Below the pieces are notes generated by a model. That model had not been told where the DNA came from. It saw only the letters and a list, made by a program, of their open reading frames with translations, and searched no databases. 64,000 nucleotides of DNA from a virus: positions 68,032 to 132,031 of IMG/VR virus record IMGVR_UViG_3300045988_167796. One strand, 5' to 3'. The position numbers were made by a program, and so were the translations under genes. Numbering within the stretch: the first letter of the stretch is position 1; each line of letters opens with the position of its first letter. This document shows, piece by piece, positions 8,170 to 17,379 of this stretch.

Positions 8170-9810
8170 TCATGCATATAATGCTATTAACGTGTTGTAC
8201 CCTACGATTCCATCAACCGTTAAATTACCTTTTGATTTCTGATATTTTTTTACAGCTGACTCAAGTCCTGAACCGAATGATCCCGGGCATTCAACACCTT
8301 TTGGATCAATATTATTTAAAAGCATACTAATCTCGAGCACCGTAACAAGATATCCTTTCGAACCCTTTTTCATATTTACATGCTTCATGACTTCTTTAGT
8401 GTTATCACCAATTACTCCGTCAATTTTAAGACTACAATCTAAGTCTTTATTCAATGCAATCTGCAATGCCTTGCATAAAGTCTTTTTTGTCTCGGGGCCA
8501 TTTACACCGTCAGTTTTAATATCACATCCAACAAAATTATTCAAATGAATCTGAGCATTTTTAATAAGCTGATTTTCTGCAGAAGTGTCAGGAGCAGAAG
8601 GTTTAGAAGATGTATTTGTAGAGCCATTAGAAGTGATATCAGAGAAGTCAATTCCTTTGCCTGTGAACCTTAATCTCTTGTCCCACCCTTTAGAGTACAG
8701 GTACCACGACTGAGTTCTAATTTCGTTTCCAGAGTTATCAATTGTATCTGAAGTTCCTTCAGAACTTCTTGCATGAACAATATTATCTTTATCAATTGCA
8801 AGAGCAACATGATAATTAATATTTAACTCAATATCACCTTTTTGCATCTGTGCATGAGCGGTCTGATTTGTTGCTACAACTTCAAATCCGCAATTCAGCA
8901 TCTTCATCATATTACCTGTATATGAGCAATTCGCTTTGAGATATGTAGCCTGTTTTGTAAGACCATTTTTGATAAAAGCATAATAGAATGCAGTACATAC
9001 TAAACTAGAACAGTCAAATGATTTCGGCGTGTCAATGTTATATAAACTTCTAATTTTCTGACTGTATCCATGAGTATTATCTTTTGCAATATTTACAGCA
9101 AATTCAACAGCATCATTGATTACATTTTTGATAATTTCAGATGCAAGAGGAGCATTTGGAGTAGCAGTAGAAGTCGTATTTTTCAAGTTTCTACAATCCA
9201 GATATTTCTCTGTATAGCATACATCAAGATCAACAGTTGATCCATTAATTCCAGATACTTTTCCTGATTCACTATACTGAAAAAAATCACACGAAATAGG
9301 AGGAGTATGCATGGTTTGAGATGAATTATAGTGTGCAATCCACAAAGCATATCCTTTATTTTTTACTTCATCTGAATAGTAATTTTTATAAAAATCCATA
9401 TTAGCATAATATCCAGGTGTGTACCCGGATTTCTTGATAGCTTCGCAGAATTCAATTGTGAATTTAGAGCATTCATTTTTACCTAATGTAACACCTTTAT
9501 TCTTTGCTTTTGTTATTGTGTCATACTCGAAATCAAAGAAAATTGGTAAGTCAATATTATAATTCTTTATAGTTTCAATACATTTCGCAACTTCTTTTCT
9601 TACCTCTGCGAGAGTGGTAGAGTAGCAGAACCAATAGACACCAATCTTGATTCCATTGAGAGCACAAGATTTTGCATATGTATAGAAATTAGGATCTACT
9701 GTAGTTCCATATCCGGCACGAATAATCACATGATTATAATCTGCTTTTTTCAACTTTGCAAAGTCGATTGTACCTTGCCAGTATGAGATATCTATTAATT
9801 TTGTTGACAT
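8170..9810 (-). CDS. endolysin: GH25 muramidase + NlpC/P60 endopeptidase + PG_binding_1 domain
   Basis: N-term DISYWQG...D..G GH25 signature; FDCSSLV Cys/His NlpC-P60-like; C-term GxxT..AL..FQ-type peptidoglycan-binding repeats; aaggagg RBS. Confidence 0.85.
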   Translation of the reverse strand: MSTKLIDISYWQGTIDFAKLKKADYNHVIIRAGYGTTVDPNFYTYAKSCALNGIKIGVYWFCYSTTLAEVRKEVAKCIETIKNYNIDLPIFFDFEYDTITKAKNKGVTLGKNECSKFTIEFCEAIKKSGYTPGYYANMDFYKNYYSDEVKNKGYALWIAHYNSSQTMHTPPISCDFFQYSESGKVSGINGSTVDLDVCYTEKYLDCRNLKNTTSTATPNAPLASEIIKNVINDAVEFAVNIAKDNTHGYSQKIRSLYNIDTPKSFDCSSLVCTAFYYAFIKNGLTKQATYLKANCSYTGNMMKMLNCGFEVVATNQTAHAQMQKGDIELNINYHVALAIDKDNIVHARSSEGTSDTIDNSGNEIRTQSWYLYSKGWDKRLRFTGKGIDFSDITSNGSTNTSSKPSAPDTSAENQLIKNAQIHLNNFVGCDIKTDGVNGPETKKTLCKALQIALNKDLDCSLKIDGVIGDNTKEVMKHVNMKKGSKGYLVTVLEISMLLNNIDPKGVECPGSFGSGLESAVKKYQKSKGNLTVDGIVGYNTLIALYA

Positions 9811-9865
9811 ATGTGTACCTCCTTTACTTATTGATGCTTTATTTTAATAAAAATAATGTCATGTA

Positions 9866-9894
9866 TTGACAATTGTATATACATTGTTTAAAAT
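9866..9894 (+). promoter_or_regulatory. sigma-70 promoter TTGACA-17-TAAAAT
   Basis: consensus -35, good -10. Confidence 0.55.
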
Positions 9895-9936
9895 AGACTA
9901 TAGTGGCAGAAAATTTATATTTTGGGGGAAACCTTT

Positions 9937-10302
9937 TTGAAAAATAGAATCTGCGTTATCGTTTCGGTAGTACTATCCATACTGTTATGTATGTGCTTGT
10001 TTTATAATCTTGTCGCAGGTGCTCCAGAGGAATATGAATCTGCAATAAGATACATGATAAGCGCTGCTGGATTTTCTGTTATTGTCTCTGGCTTAGTCGG
10101 ATACTCCCTCTATAAAATTTTCTTGTTTGAAATATCAAAAGAGAAAAAAGATGTTAAAGAAACAAAGAAAATAACAGACAAATCATATCAAGATTCCTTA
10201 ACTGCATTAGTTAGTGCATTTGAAAAAGAAGGAGCGTTATCAGAAGATGAGATAAATAATCTACGCTCTTATTTAGACAAAATAGACAAATCGGAGGAAT
10301 AA
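9937..10302 (+). CDS. small membrane protein, partner of the M56 protease (ORF track start 9922)
   Basis: 2 TM segments; TTG start after gggggaa RBS; 4-nt gap to next gene. Confidence 0.45.
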   Translation: MKNRICVIVSVVLSILLCMCLFYNLVAGAPEEYESAIRYMISAAGFSVIVSGLVGYSLYKIFLFEISKEKKDVKETKKITDKSYQDSLTALVSAFEKEGALSEDEINNLRSYLDKIDKSEE

Positions 10303-10306
10303 CAGT

Positions 10307-11593
10307 ATGTTGCTATTATGGATGTCAGTTGCTGGATCAATTCCTCTGATTGTGTTTCTAATAACATGGTTTATTCAGAAAAACAGTTTTAATTATTCAC
10401 TTGGGAAGATATTGCTGTATCTGAGTATGATGTTCTACCTTGTGCCTTTTCAATTATTGACCAGGATGCTCCCAAATATCATGTACAATAATAACATCGT
10501 TAATAAAATTAGAATATTTAATTCATTGGAGTATCATTTTGAATATGATAAATCTGCATATATAAATATAGACGATGGAATTATGTGGGTCCCAAGATGG
10601 ATTATTTTCATTTTGCATATTTGGTTTATTATTGTTGTGTTTTTTGCAATATATCAAATAATGAAGTATAGAAAGTCTATACATTATATTTTAAAAGATT
10701 CCGAAGAAAGATCTTACGATATTAATGGTGCAGGAACTGTTTCTATTTTGATAAACAATAATATTACAACACCGTATACAGTTGGATTTATTCGTTTACA
10801 CATTGTCTTCCCGGAAAACATTATAGAATCCCAATATTCTTATTTGGTTTATAGACACGAGTTATGTCATGCGAAAAACTACGATGCGTTAATTAAACTT
10901 ATTTGCTTGATTATCATATGTCTTCATTGGTTTAATCCTATATCAATATTACTTTTGTTTTCGTATAGCACTTTATGTGAATATATAAGTGATGATTACG
11001 CTACAAAAGGACTGACTCATGAAGAAAAAAGAGAGTATGCAAAACTACTCTTGGATGTAGTGTCATCAAAAACAATGCCTGTTGTATGGAGAAATAACTT
11101 TTTGAGCACGGAATACCTATTGAAAAGGAGGCTGACGTATATTATGAAAAAGAAATTTTCAAAGATTCAAAAATTAATCACAGTTATAGTTTCAATTGTT
11201 ACGGTTTTAGCATGTGCTGTAACAGTATTTGCATACGAACCATTTGTGTCAACTACAGATAACGCAATAATTGAACTTTCGGATGGAGATTTTGTTGATT
11301 TTGGTTTTATTGAATCATTTGATAGTATTACAGATGAAATTAATTTCCATGGACATGAAGAAATATTCATTACAGATGACGGAGAGTATATTATTATCGA
11401 CAACGACCATTCATCATATGCCATTTGTAATCATACATTTGCAGATGGCAGATACTCAAAACATATCAGCAATAGTACTGGTGGATGTACGGTAAAGATC
11501 TATGATGCGCAGATTTGTACAAAGTGTAAATATGTCGTTGTAGGAGATCTTATTAGCACTACGACATATGTTACGTGCACCCATACTAGCTAA
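10307..11593 (+). CDS. BlaR1/MecR1-like M56 family membrane metalloprotease with Cys-rich C-terminal domain
   Basis: multi-TM N-term; HELCH (HExxH) followed by HWFNP, as in M56 signal transducers; C-term lacks a penicillin-binding fold and is Cys/His-rich. Confidence 0.65.
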   Translation: MLLLWMSVAGSIPLIVFLITWFIQKNSFNYSLGKILLYLSMMFYLVPFQLLTRMLPNIMYNNNIVNKIRIFNSLEYHFEYDKSAYINIDDGIMWVPRWIIFILHIWFIIVVFFAIYQIMKYRKSIHYILKDSEERSYDINGAGTVSILINNNITTPYTVGFIRLHIVFPENIIESQYSYLVYRHELCHAKNYDALIKLICLIIICLHWFNPISILLLFSYSTLCEYISDDYATKGLTHEEKREYAKLLLDVVSSKTMPVVWRNNFLSTEYLLKRRLTYIMKKKFSKIQKLITVIVSIVTVLACAVTVFAYEPFVSTTDNAIIELSDGDFVDFGFIESFDSITDEINFHGHEEIFITDDGEYIIIDNDHSSYAICNHTFADGRYSKHISNSTGGCTVKIYDAQICTKCKYVVVGDLISTTTYVTCTHTS

Positions 11594-11620
11594 ATTCACA
11601 TATGCATACACACGGCATTG

Positions 11621-11656
11621 AAAAGAGAGGCGTAATTGCCTCTCTTTTACATTTTA
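11621..11656 (+). terminator. rho-independent terminator
   Basis: aagagaggc-gtaatt-gcctctctt then TTTACATTTT. Confidence 0.6.
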
Positions 11657-11662
11657 TACGCA

Positions 11663-11691
11663 TTGACAAAACAAACAAATGTTCGTATAAT
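11663..11691 (+). promoter_or_regulatory. sigma-70 promoter TTGACA-17-TATAAT with AACAAATGTTCG motif in spacer
   Basis: consensus hexamers; drives short ORFs 11713-11975. Confidence 0.55.
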
Positions 11692-11978
11692 ATACATACA
11701 GAGGTGATATTTATGACAAATGATTATATGGTAACAGTCCCAACAAAAAAAACAAGGAATTTCTGTAATAGCATCATTTTCTACGAATGGTGATATTATG
11801 CCTTTATACTTTCAAACAGTTGAGAATGAAGAAAAGTATTCATTTCGTGTCAGAGTAATCGGTAAAAAAGAGAATAATGTTATATATTCATTCAATTGTA
11901 CTTACAATCACGTAGGCATAGAAAAACATGTATGTCTGAATTATTGGATAAGAGATCATATATGGACTATATAAAATA

Positions 11979-14420
11979 TTATACTTCTACAAGCGTATAA
12001 ACACCATTACTGTTTGTATTACATTCATCAATAAATGTGAAATACCTGCAATTTGCTGTAGTAGTGAAGTCCAATACTAATCCGCCTCTTGGTTCGTTAT
12101 TTTGTACACATCCATTTTCCATATATAAATATACTTTATTCTCATCATAACATCTAGGTGCAATAGTACAATCATTATTAAATATATCTTTCGTATTATT
12201 TCTGGTTATTGTATACCTGGTATTTGGTTTTACTTTGATATAACCATTATATATCGCCCTAGTACCATCGCTAGTTACAAACTCACCATTAGATAATGTT
12301 ATATCAGCATTATAAAGAATTTTAGATGTACTTATTGTATAATCAAATCCTGTACTAATTGTGATCCTTATTCCGTCTTCATGTACAGAACTTCCGTTAC
12401 TGTATGTATAGTATACACTTACATATCCCTCGTTTACTGAAACGTCGCTTGTTGCATTTCCCTTCATGCATTCAAGAGATCCTTCATAATTTGTATCCCA
12501 ATACCATGTTAAATCGGAACCAGATACCGTTATTGTAGTGTCATCCATAAATGTAATAATAGCAACAGCATCAGAAGGATCGAATGCGTCTCCATATTGA
12601 TAATTTGTTTTTGGCATTGTTTGAAATGTGATACTCTTTGGTACACTTCCTTCTAATGCTTTTAATCTGTCCATAAGACTATCTATAATACTTAAAGTCA
12701 CAGTTTCAGTAGAATTGTCACCTTTAGTGTATGTAATAACATTCTCATCTGCGCTTAATGATTTAATGTATGTTGTTGTAATTTTCTGATTTGACGAATC
12801 GTTGGTTGCTTTTAGAGAAGCGGTAGCAGTATTGGCGTTCCCATCAAGATTTCCTATGAAAGTATTTGCAACAATTTTACCGTTATCTTTAATAACCATA
12901 AGATTAGTAAAATTACTGCCAGAATCAAGACTCTGCTGAAATGAGAAAACTTCTGTGTCATCAGTTGAATCGTTTGTTAAGTTAATTCTTTGTTGATATG
13001 TGCCGTTATCCCAACATAAATGTTGTGGCCCAACAAATTTTATATTACCAGTAATAGTATCTCCATTTTTATTTACAGGAGTATATCCAAGTGCATTTGT
13101 AATATTTGATGATGTGATTTCACTACGAATTGTAGCAGAAGATTTATTTTCAACGTTTCCAAGACCTATATCCGTTTTATTTACATCTAAATATAAGCAT
13201 AATCTGCCATTTTTATATTGATAAATTGGATGTGTTGCAGAAATGTTCCCTCTATATGTATCATATGCATCACCAATATATATATATACATATTCGTCTT
13301 CAGACTCCGGCAATTGTTGAGAATACATTTCATCAGAAATATAAAATAAACCATTAGCAATTATCCCTTTAAGATAAATTGGTTTATTTGCTGTAAGTGT
13401 CTGACCGCAATTTAATGTATATCTTAAATCTGTATTTGAAAATGCCTGATATATTCTTGCTCCTGTTAATGAACCGGATGAAATTTTATTATTATTCCCA
13501 GGATTAAAGAAATATATTTCCTGCGGGTAAAAACCAGATGTGTTTTTAGATTTTGTTGTACCAGTTCCAGATGCAGTTACTATACTTTGAAATGTATTTT
13601 TTGTTGAATCACGCATAATTATAGTGTATCCATATACTCCATTTGTTCCAGCAGTCACACTAGATATGTCTTTATGTAATTGTGATATTGTATTATTATC
13701 GCCGGATTCTTGTAAACCATTATTACTTCCATCAAATTCATTATATCCGCTATAATTAGTACTTCCAGTCCCAGGCACATCAGAAAATTTACATATTGTA
13801 TCATAAAATGAGAAAATACAATTATCCTGTTCTATTAATTCTATTTTGAATGTCCTTGCATATGATGACGACGTTGGATTTGCGGAGCTTCTTAGACCAA
13901 TACCTACCAAATGCCCATAACCATTTGTATATCCTGTAGAAGTACATGAATATAAAGTATGATAATATAACGTTCTATAAGAAGTGGAATAATGAGCATT
14001 TGTACATTTATATATTGTTCTTAATGATTGTGAACCCCATAATTCTACTTCAAAGAATCCTGTATAATTATTTTGGCCAGGCACTGAAGAAGAAATTCTA
14101 TATTTTATATGCCATTCATCATAATATGTATTAGGTCTAATATAGCCGAAATAAAATGTCCCTTCATTGAAATTGTTTGCAGATGCATATATGTTTGAAT
14201 ATGTATGTGATTCTATAATAGTTTTTTGCGCATTAGGAGAACCAATGTATGGAAGAGACATCCATGTAGACGTACCGTTCCCTATTTTATAATGCCCATT
14301 ATTAATTCCGTCTTTTGTATACGCTTTTTCACCAAGTAATAGTACTGGATTAGAAGAAGACCATTCACTTTCAGTCTTATAGGCATTTATTATTCTTGTT
14401 TTTAAGGTATTAGTTGCCAA
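11979..14420 (-). CDS. tail fiber protein 2 (N-terminus paralogous to 14496..17072)
   Basis: MATNTLKTRI... shared N-term; S/T/N/Y-rich beta-rich fibre composition. Confidence 0.55.
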   Translation of the reverse strand: MATNTLKTRIINAYKTESEWSSSNPVLLLGEKAYTKDGINNGHYKIGNGTSTWMSLPYIGSPNAQKTIIESHTYSNIYASANNFNEGTFYFGYIRPNTYYDEWHIKYRISSSVPGQNNYTGFFEVELWGSQSLRTIYKCTNAHYSTSYRTLYYHTLYSCTSTGYTNGYGHLVGIGLRSSANPTSSSYARTFKIELIEQDNCIFSFYDTICKFSDVPGTGSTNYSGYNEFDGSNNGLQESGDNNTISQLHKDISSVTAGTNGVYGYTIIMRDSTKNTFQSIVTASGTGTTKSKNTSGFYPQEIYFFNPGNNNKISSGSLTGARIYQAFSNTDLRYTLNCGQTLTANKPIYLKGIIANGLFYISDEMYSQQLPESEDEYVYIYIGDAYDTYRGNISATHPIYQYKNGRLCLYLDVNKTDIGLGNVENKSSATIRSEITSSNITNALGYTPVNKNGDTITGNIKFVGPQHLCWDNGTYQQRINLTNDSTDDTEVFSFQQSLDSGSNFTNLMVIKDNGKIVANTFIGNLDGNANTATASLKATNDSSNQKITTTYIKSLSADENVITYTKGDNSTETVTLSIIDSLMDRLKALEGSVPKSITFQTMPKTNYQYGDAFDPSDAVAIITFMDDTTITVSGSDLTWYWDTNYEGSLECMKGNATSDVSVNEGYVSVYYTYSNGSSVHEDGIRITISTGFDYTISTSKILYNADITLSNGEFVTSDGTRAIYNGYIKVKPNTRYTITRNNTKDIFNNDCTIAPRCYDENKVYLYMENGCVQNNEPRGGLVLDFTTTANCRYFTFIDECNTNSNGVYTLVEV

Positions 14421-14439
14421 AAACGGCTACCTCCTTTCT

Positions 14440-14480
14440 ATATAAAAATTGCCAGAGAGTATTTCATCCCTGGCAATCTG
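14440..14480 (-). terminator. rho-independent terminator
   Basis: attgccag...ctggcaat stem then T-run on minus strand. Confidence 0.55.
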
Positions 14481-14495
14481 AAATTATTCTATACT

Positions 14496-17072
14496 TTAAA
14501 TTGTTCCATCTAAAATTAATGTATCAGATGATGCAATAGTAAGTTTAGCAGCGTCAACAGAAGTAACTGGAATAGAGATATTTGCTGTTCCATTAAAACT
14601 TGTAGCTGTTCCAACACAAGCTCCTGAAAGCGCAATTGTTCTAGCCGTAGTTAATTGCGCAGCTTTAGATGCAGTTGCTGCATTTCCAGTACAACTTCCG
14701 GAAGATCCTGATACGTTACCAGTTACATTTCCTGTTAAATCACCAGAAAATGTAGTTGCAACCAGTTTACCTGCTACCGTATCAAGATATACTCCGGTAT
14801 CAAATACTTGCGTTCCAGTATTTGTTGTTGTAGACGTAGTTCCAGTTACGTAAGCTTTTGTCGTTGTTGCAAGTGTATTAGTTACTTTGGTATCTGTGTT
14901 CGTATCTACGTTAATGTCTCCGATTAATTCCCAATTAGTTCCATCATATATGAATTCATAAACTCTGTTTGCAGCAAGATAACCAGCTGATATTGCTGCT
15001 CCTCTATACATAATTGATTTTGCCCCAGTACCGTTGACATTAAGCGTTGGTGAAGCTGCAGTGTTTGTAACAGTAAATTTAATTGTAATTCTCGCTCCAG
15101 AAGCCAGAACGAATCCAGATAAAGTTACTACTTTTGCTGCAGTAGCAGCAGCTGTAGAACATTCTGAAAAATGGTGTATATTTGCAGTTCCGTTAAAATT
15201 CATACCGTCAATAGTCCTAGATGTTTCAAGTTTAGTTGCGGAACCAGAATTACCAGTAACTGACGTAGGAGCTGCTGGCATAGTCATTGTTGTTGTACTG
15301 CTGGTTGTAATATGACCCTGTTCATCATAAGTTACAGAAGGTATCTTGAATGTATCACCAAATGAAAGTGTTTTACTATCATCGCCTTTTGCTGTTCCTG
15401 CATTTACACTGTTGCTATGATTAATCTGTGTCCCAGAAAAAGTAAGACCTGATCCTGCAGAATATGTAGTATTTGTAGAAGCAATTGTAATCTTATCATT
15501 TGTTGCGTCTGGAGTAATCGTTACATTATTTCCAGCTACCAATGTCAGTGTGTCTGTTTTGCTATCTGCAGCTACAGTTGTACTTCCAACTACTACATTA
15601 CTGAATGCATTCTGGTTTGCTTCTGCGGCATTCCACTTTGTTCTTTCATCAGAAGTAATATGAACTGTAGTATCTCCGGTGTGAGTTGAGATTGTACTAT
15701 TAACATTTCCAATTTGTTCATCAACATATGAAGCAACAGCTGCAGTAGTCGGGAGGTTGGTAGACGCAGATCCAGAAGATATAGAAGAGTCAACCTGTTT
15801 TGTTGCACCTTCTGCTAAAGTGATTGCTCCAGTCTTTGCAGACGTTGTTAAATTCTGAGTAGTCTTACTGTATTTAATCGTAGTTTCATTTTCATTACCT
15901 GATGGAACATATGCCCAGTTTGTTGTATTTGCTTCAATACTTCCACTATTTAAAGCAATGATTAAATCTCCTACTTTGCAAGAAGACCCAGCCCATGTTC
16001 CTGCAGTAATAATTTTATAAGTATCACCTTTAACAACTCCACTTGTTGGAACAGCTGTAACTGTACCATCCGTTCCGAGTGTTCCTTTAAATACCATTGC
16101 ATCAGATGCCGCAATCTTGGTTGTGATCTGCGTGTCCACATACTGTTTTGTAGCAGCTCCAAGAGCAGAAGATGGATCTGCGTTTAAAGTAACCGCACCA
16201 GTAAAAGTACCTCCTGATTTAGGCATTGCATTATCAGCTTTTGTTCCTTGAGCAGCAGTAGCATAAGCTGAACTTTCAGTATATGCAGCACTACCAAGAC
16301 CCTTTACAGAGATATTGTCTGTAGATGTACCGTCAACAGTTAATTTTAACGTACCGTTCTTCGTACCGGATGATAAAGATACACTACCGATTTTGCTATC
16401 TGCAGTTGATTGAGCGTTGGATGCAGCTGTGTTTGCTGTATTCGCTAAATCATATGCAGATTTTACACTACTTGGTGTTGCAGCAGTAGTGGTTGATGTG
16501 CTTGATGTACTATTTGTTAATTGTAAAATACCTTTTGCAGATGTTGAACCATTTGCTACAGTAAATGTAATTTTATCATTTGTTTCATCCGGAGTGATTG
16601 TCACATTACTTCCAACCAATGTAAGAGTATCAGTTTTAGAATCTGCTGCAATGGTAGTTGAACCAACAACGATATTACTAAAAGCATTTTGATTAACTTC
16701 TGCTCCATTTGCAATTCCATTTAATTTTGTCAGTAATTCTGTAGTGAAACTAGCAGTTGTTCCATCTAAAATAGACTTATTGCTGTGACTATGGGAGCTT
16801 GCAGAAATTAAAGCCTGAACTTCCTCTGGTGTCAAATTTGCAAATGCAAGATCTGCAATAGTATTTGTACCGTCACCAATTTTTATTTTTTTCAGATCAG
16901 AATAGATACAAACTTCACCTTTCAGTGGGACTGTTGCACTATATGTCTCAGATGACCACTCGGCAGATGTTTTATTATTTAAAACAATACGTGTTTTTAA
17001 TGTATTATTTGCCATTCTATTGTACTTCCTTTCTATAATAAAAGGTGTTACTAAATCAGTAACACCCATCAA
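14496..17072 (-). CDS. tail fiber protein 1 with internal ~45-aa duplicated module
   Basis: MANNTLKTRI N-term; repeats NQNAFSN(I/V)VVGSTT(I/V)AADSKTDTLTLV...ITPD(E/A)TNDKIT. Confidence 0.55.
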   Translation of the reverse strand: MMGVTDLVTPFIIERKYNRMANNTLKTRIVLNNKTSAEWSSETYSATVPLKGEVCIYSDLKKIKIGDGTNTIADLAFANLTPEEVQALISASSHSHSNKSILDGTTASFTTELLTKLNGIANGAEVNQNAFSNIVVGSTTIAADSKTDTLTLVGSNVTITPDETNDKITFTVANGSTSAKGILQLTNSTSSTSTTTAATPSSVKSAYDLANTANTAASNAQSTADSKIGSVSLSSGTKNGTLKLTVDGTSTDNISVKGLGSAAYTESSAYATAAQGTKADNAMPKSGGTFTGAVTLNADPSSALGAATKQYVDTQITTKIAASDAMVFKGTLGTDGTVTAVPTSGVVKGDTYKIITAGTWAGSSCKVGDLIIALNSGSIEANTTNWAYVPSGNENETTIKYSKTTQNLTTSAKTGAITLAEGATKQVDSSISSGSASTNLPTTAAVASYVDEQIGNVNSTISTHTGDTTVHITSDERTKWNAAEANQNAFSNVVVGSTTVAADSKTDTLTLVAGNNVTITPDATNDKITIASTNTTYSAGSGLTFSGTQINHSNSVNAGTAKGDDSKTLSFGDTFKIPSVTYDEQGHITTSSTTTMTMPAAPTSVTGNSGSATKLETSRTIDGMNFNGTANIHHFSECSTAAATAAKVVTLSGFVLASGARITIKFTVTNTAASPTLNVNGTGAKSIMYRGAAISAGYLAANRVYEFIYDGTNWELIGDINVDTNTDTKVTNTLATTTKAYVTGTTSTTTNTGTQVFDTGVYLDTVAGKLVATTFSGDLTGNVTGNVSGSSGSCTGNAATASKAAQLTTARTIALSGACVGTATSFNGTANISIPVTSVDAAKLTIASSDTLILDGTI

Positions 17073-17319
17073 TAATTTCTATATTATTATAATCATTCAA
17101 GGAATAATATTTTAGTTGTACATTATCCCAACGATAACTTTTATTTGCAGTTTTATCTATGTAAATAGTGTTTGATTTTCCGGTGGTAGGAAACAGAAGT
17201 GACGAATCGTATTCTAAAACACTATCCCTTGACTCAACTATTTCGTCCTGAACATATTTTTTTATTTCATCTACAAGGACGATTACACCGTCTTTGGTTA
17301 AAATAGATGTTTTTTCCAT
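17056..17319 (-). CDS. hypothetical protein
   Basis: aaggagg RBS; overlaps downstream start. Confidence 0.4.
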   Translation of the reverse strand: MEKTSILTKDGVIVLVDEIKKYVQDEIVESRDSVLEYDSSLLFPTTGKSNTIYIDKTANKSYRWDNVQLKYYSLNDYNNIEIIDGCY

Positions 17320-17379
17320 AATTCGCCTCCTTATTAATAGGGAGTGCTATTTAAACACTCCCTAATACACGCTAAACTA

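Noticed and set aside
10307-11593. Penicillin-sensing BlaR1 proper (beta-lactam resistance regulator)
   Set aside because: The C-terminal domain lacks the SxxK/SxN/KTG transpeptidase-like sensor motifs; only the M56 protease core is supported.
17338-17364. Terminator between 17380..18633 and 17056..17319
   Set aside because: Good 9-bp stem but no T-run on either strand, and it lies directly upstream of the next gene's RBS; more likely an RNA stability or processing hairpin. Not listed as a terminator.
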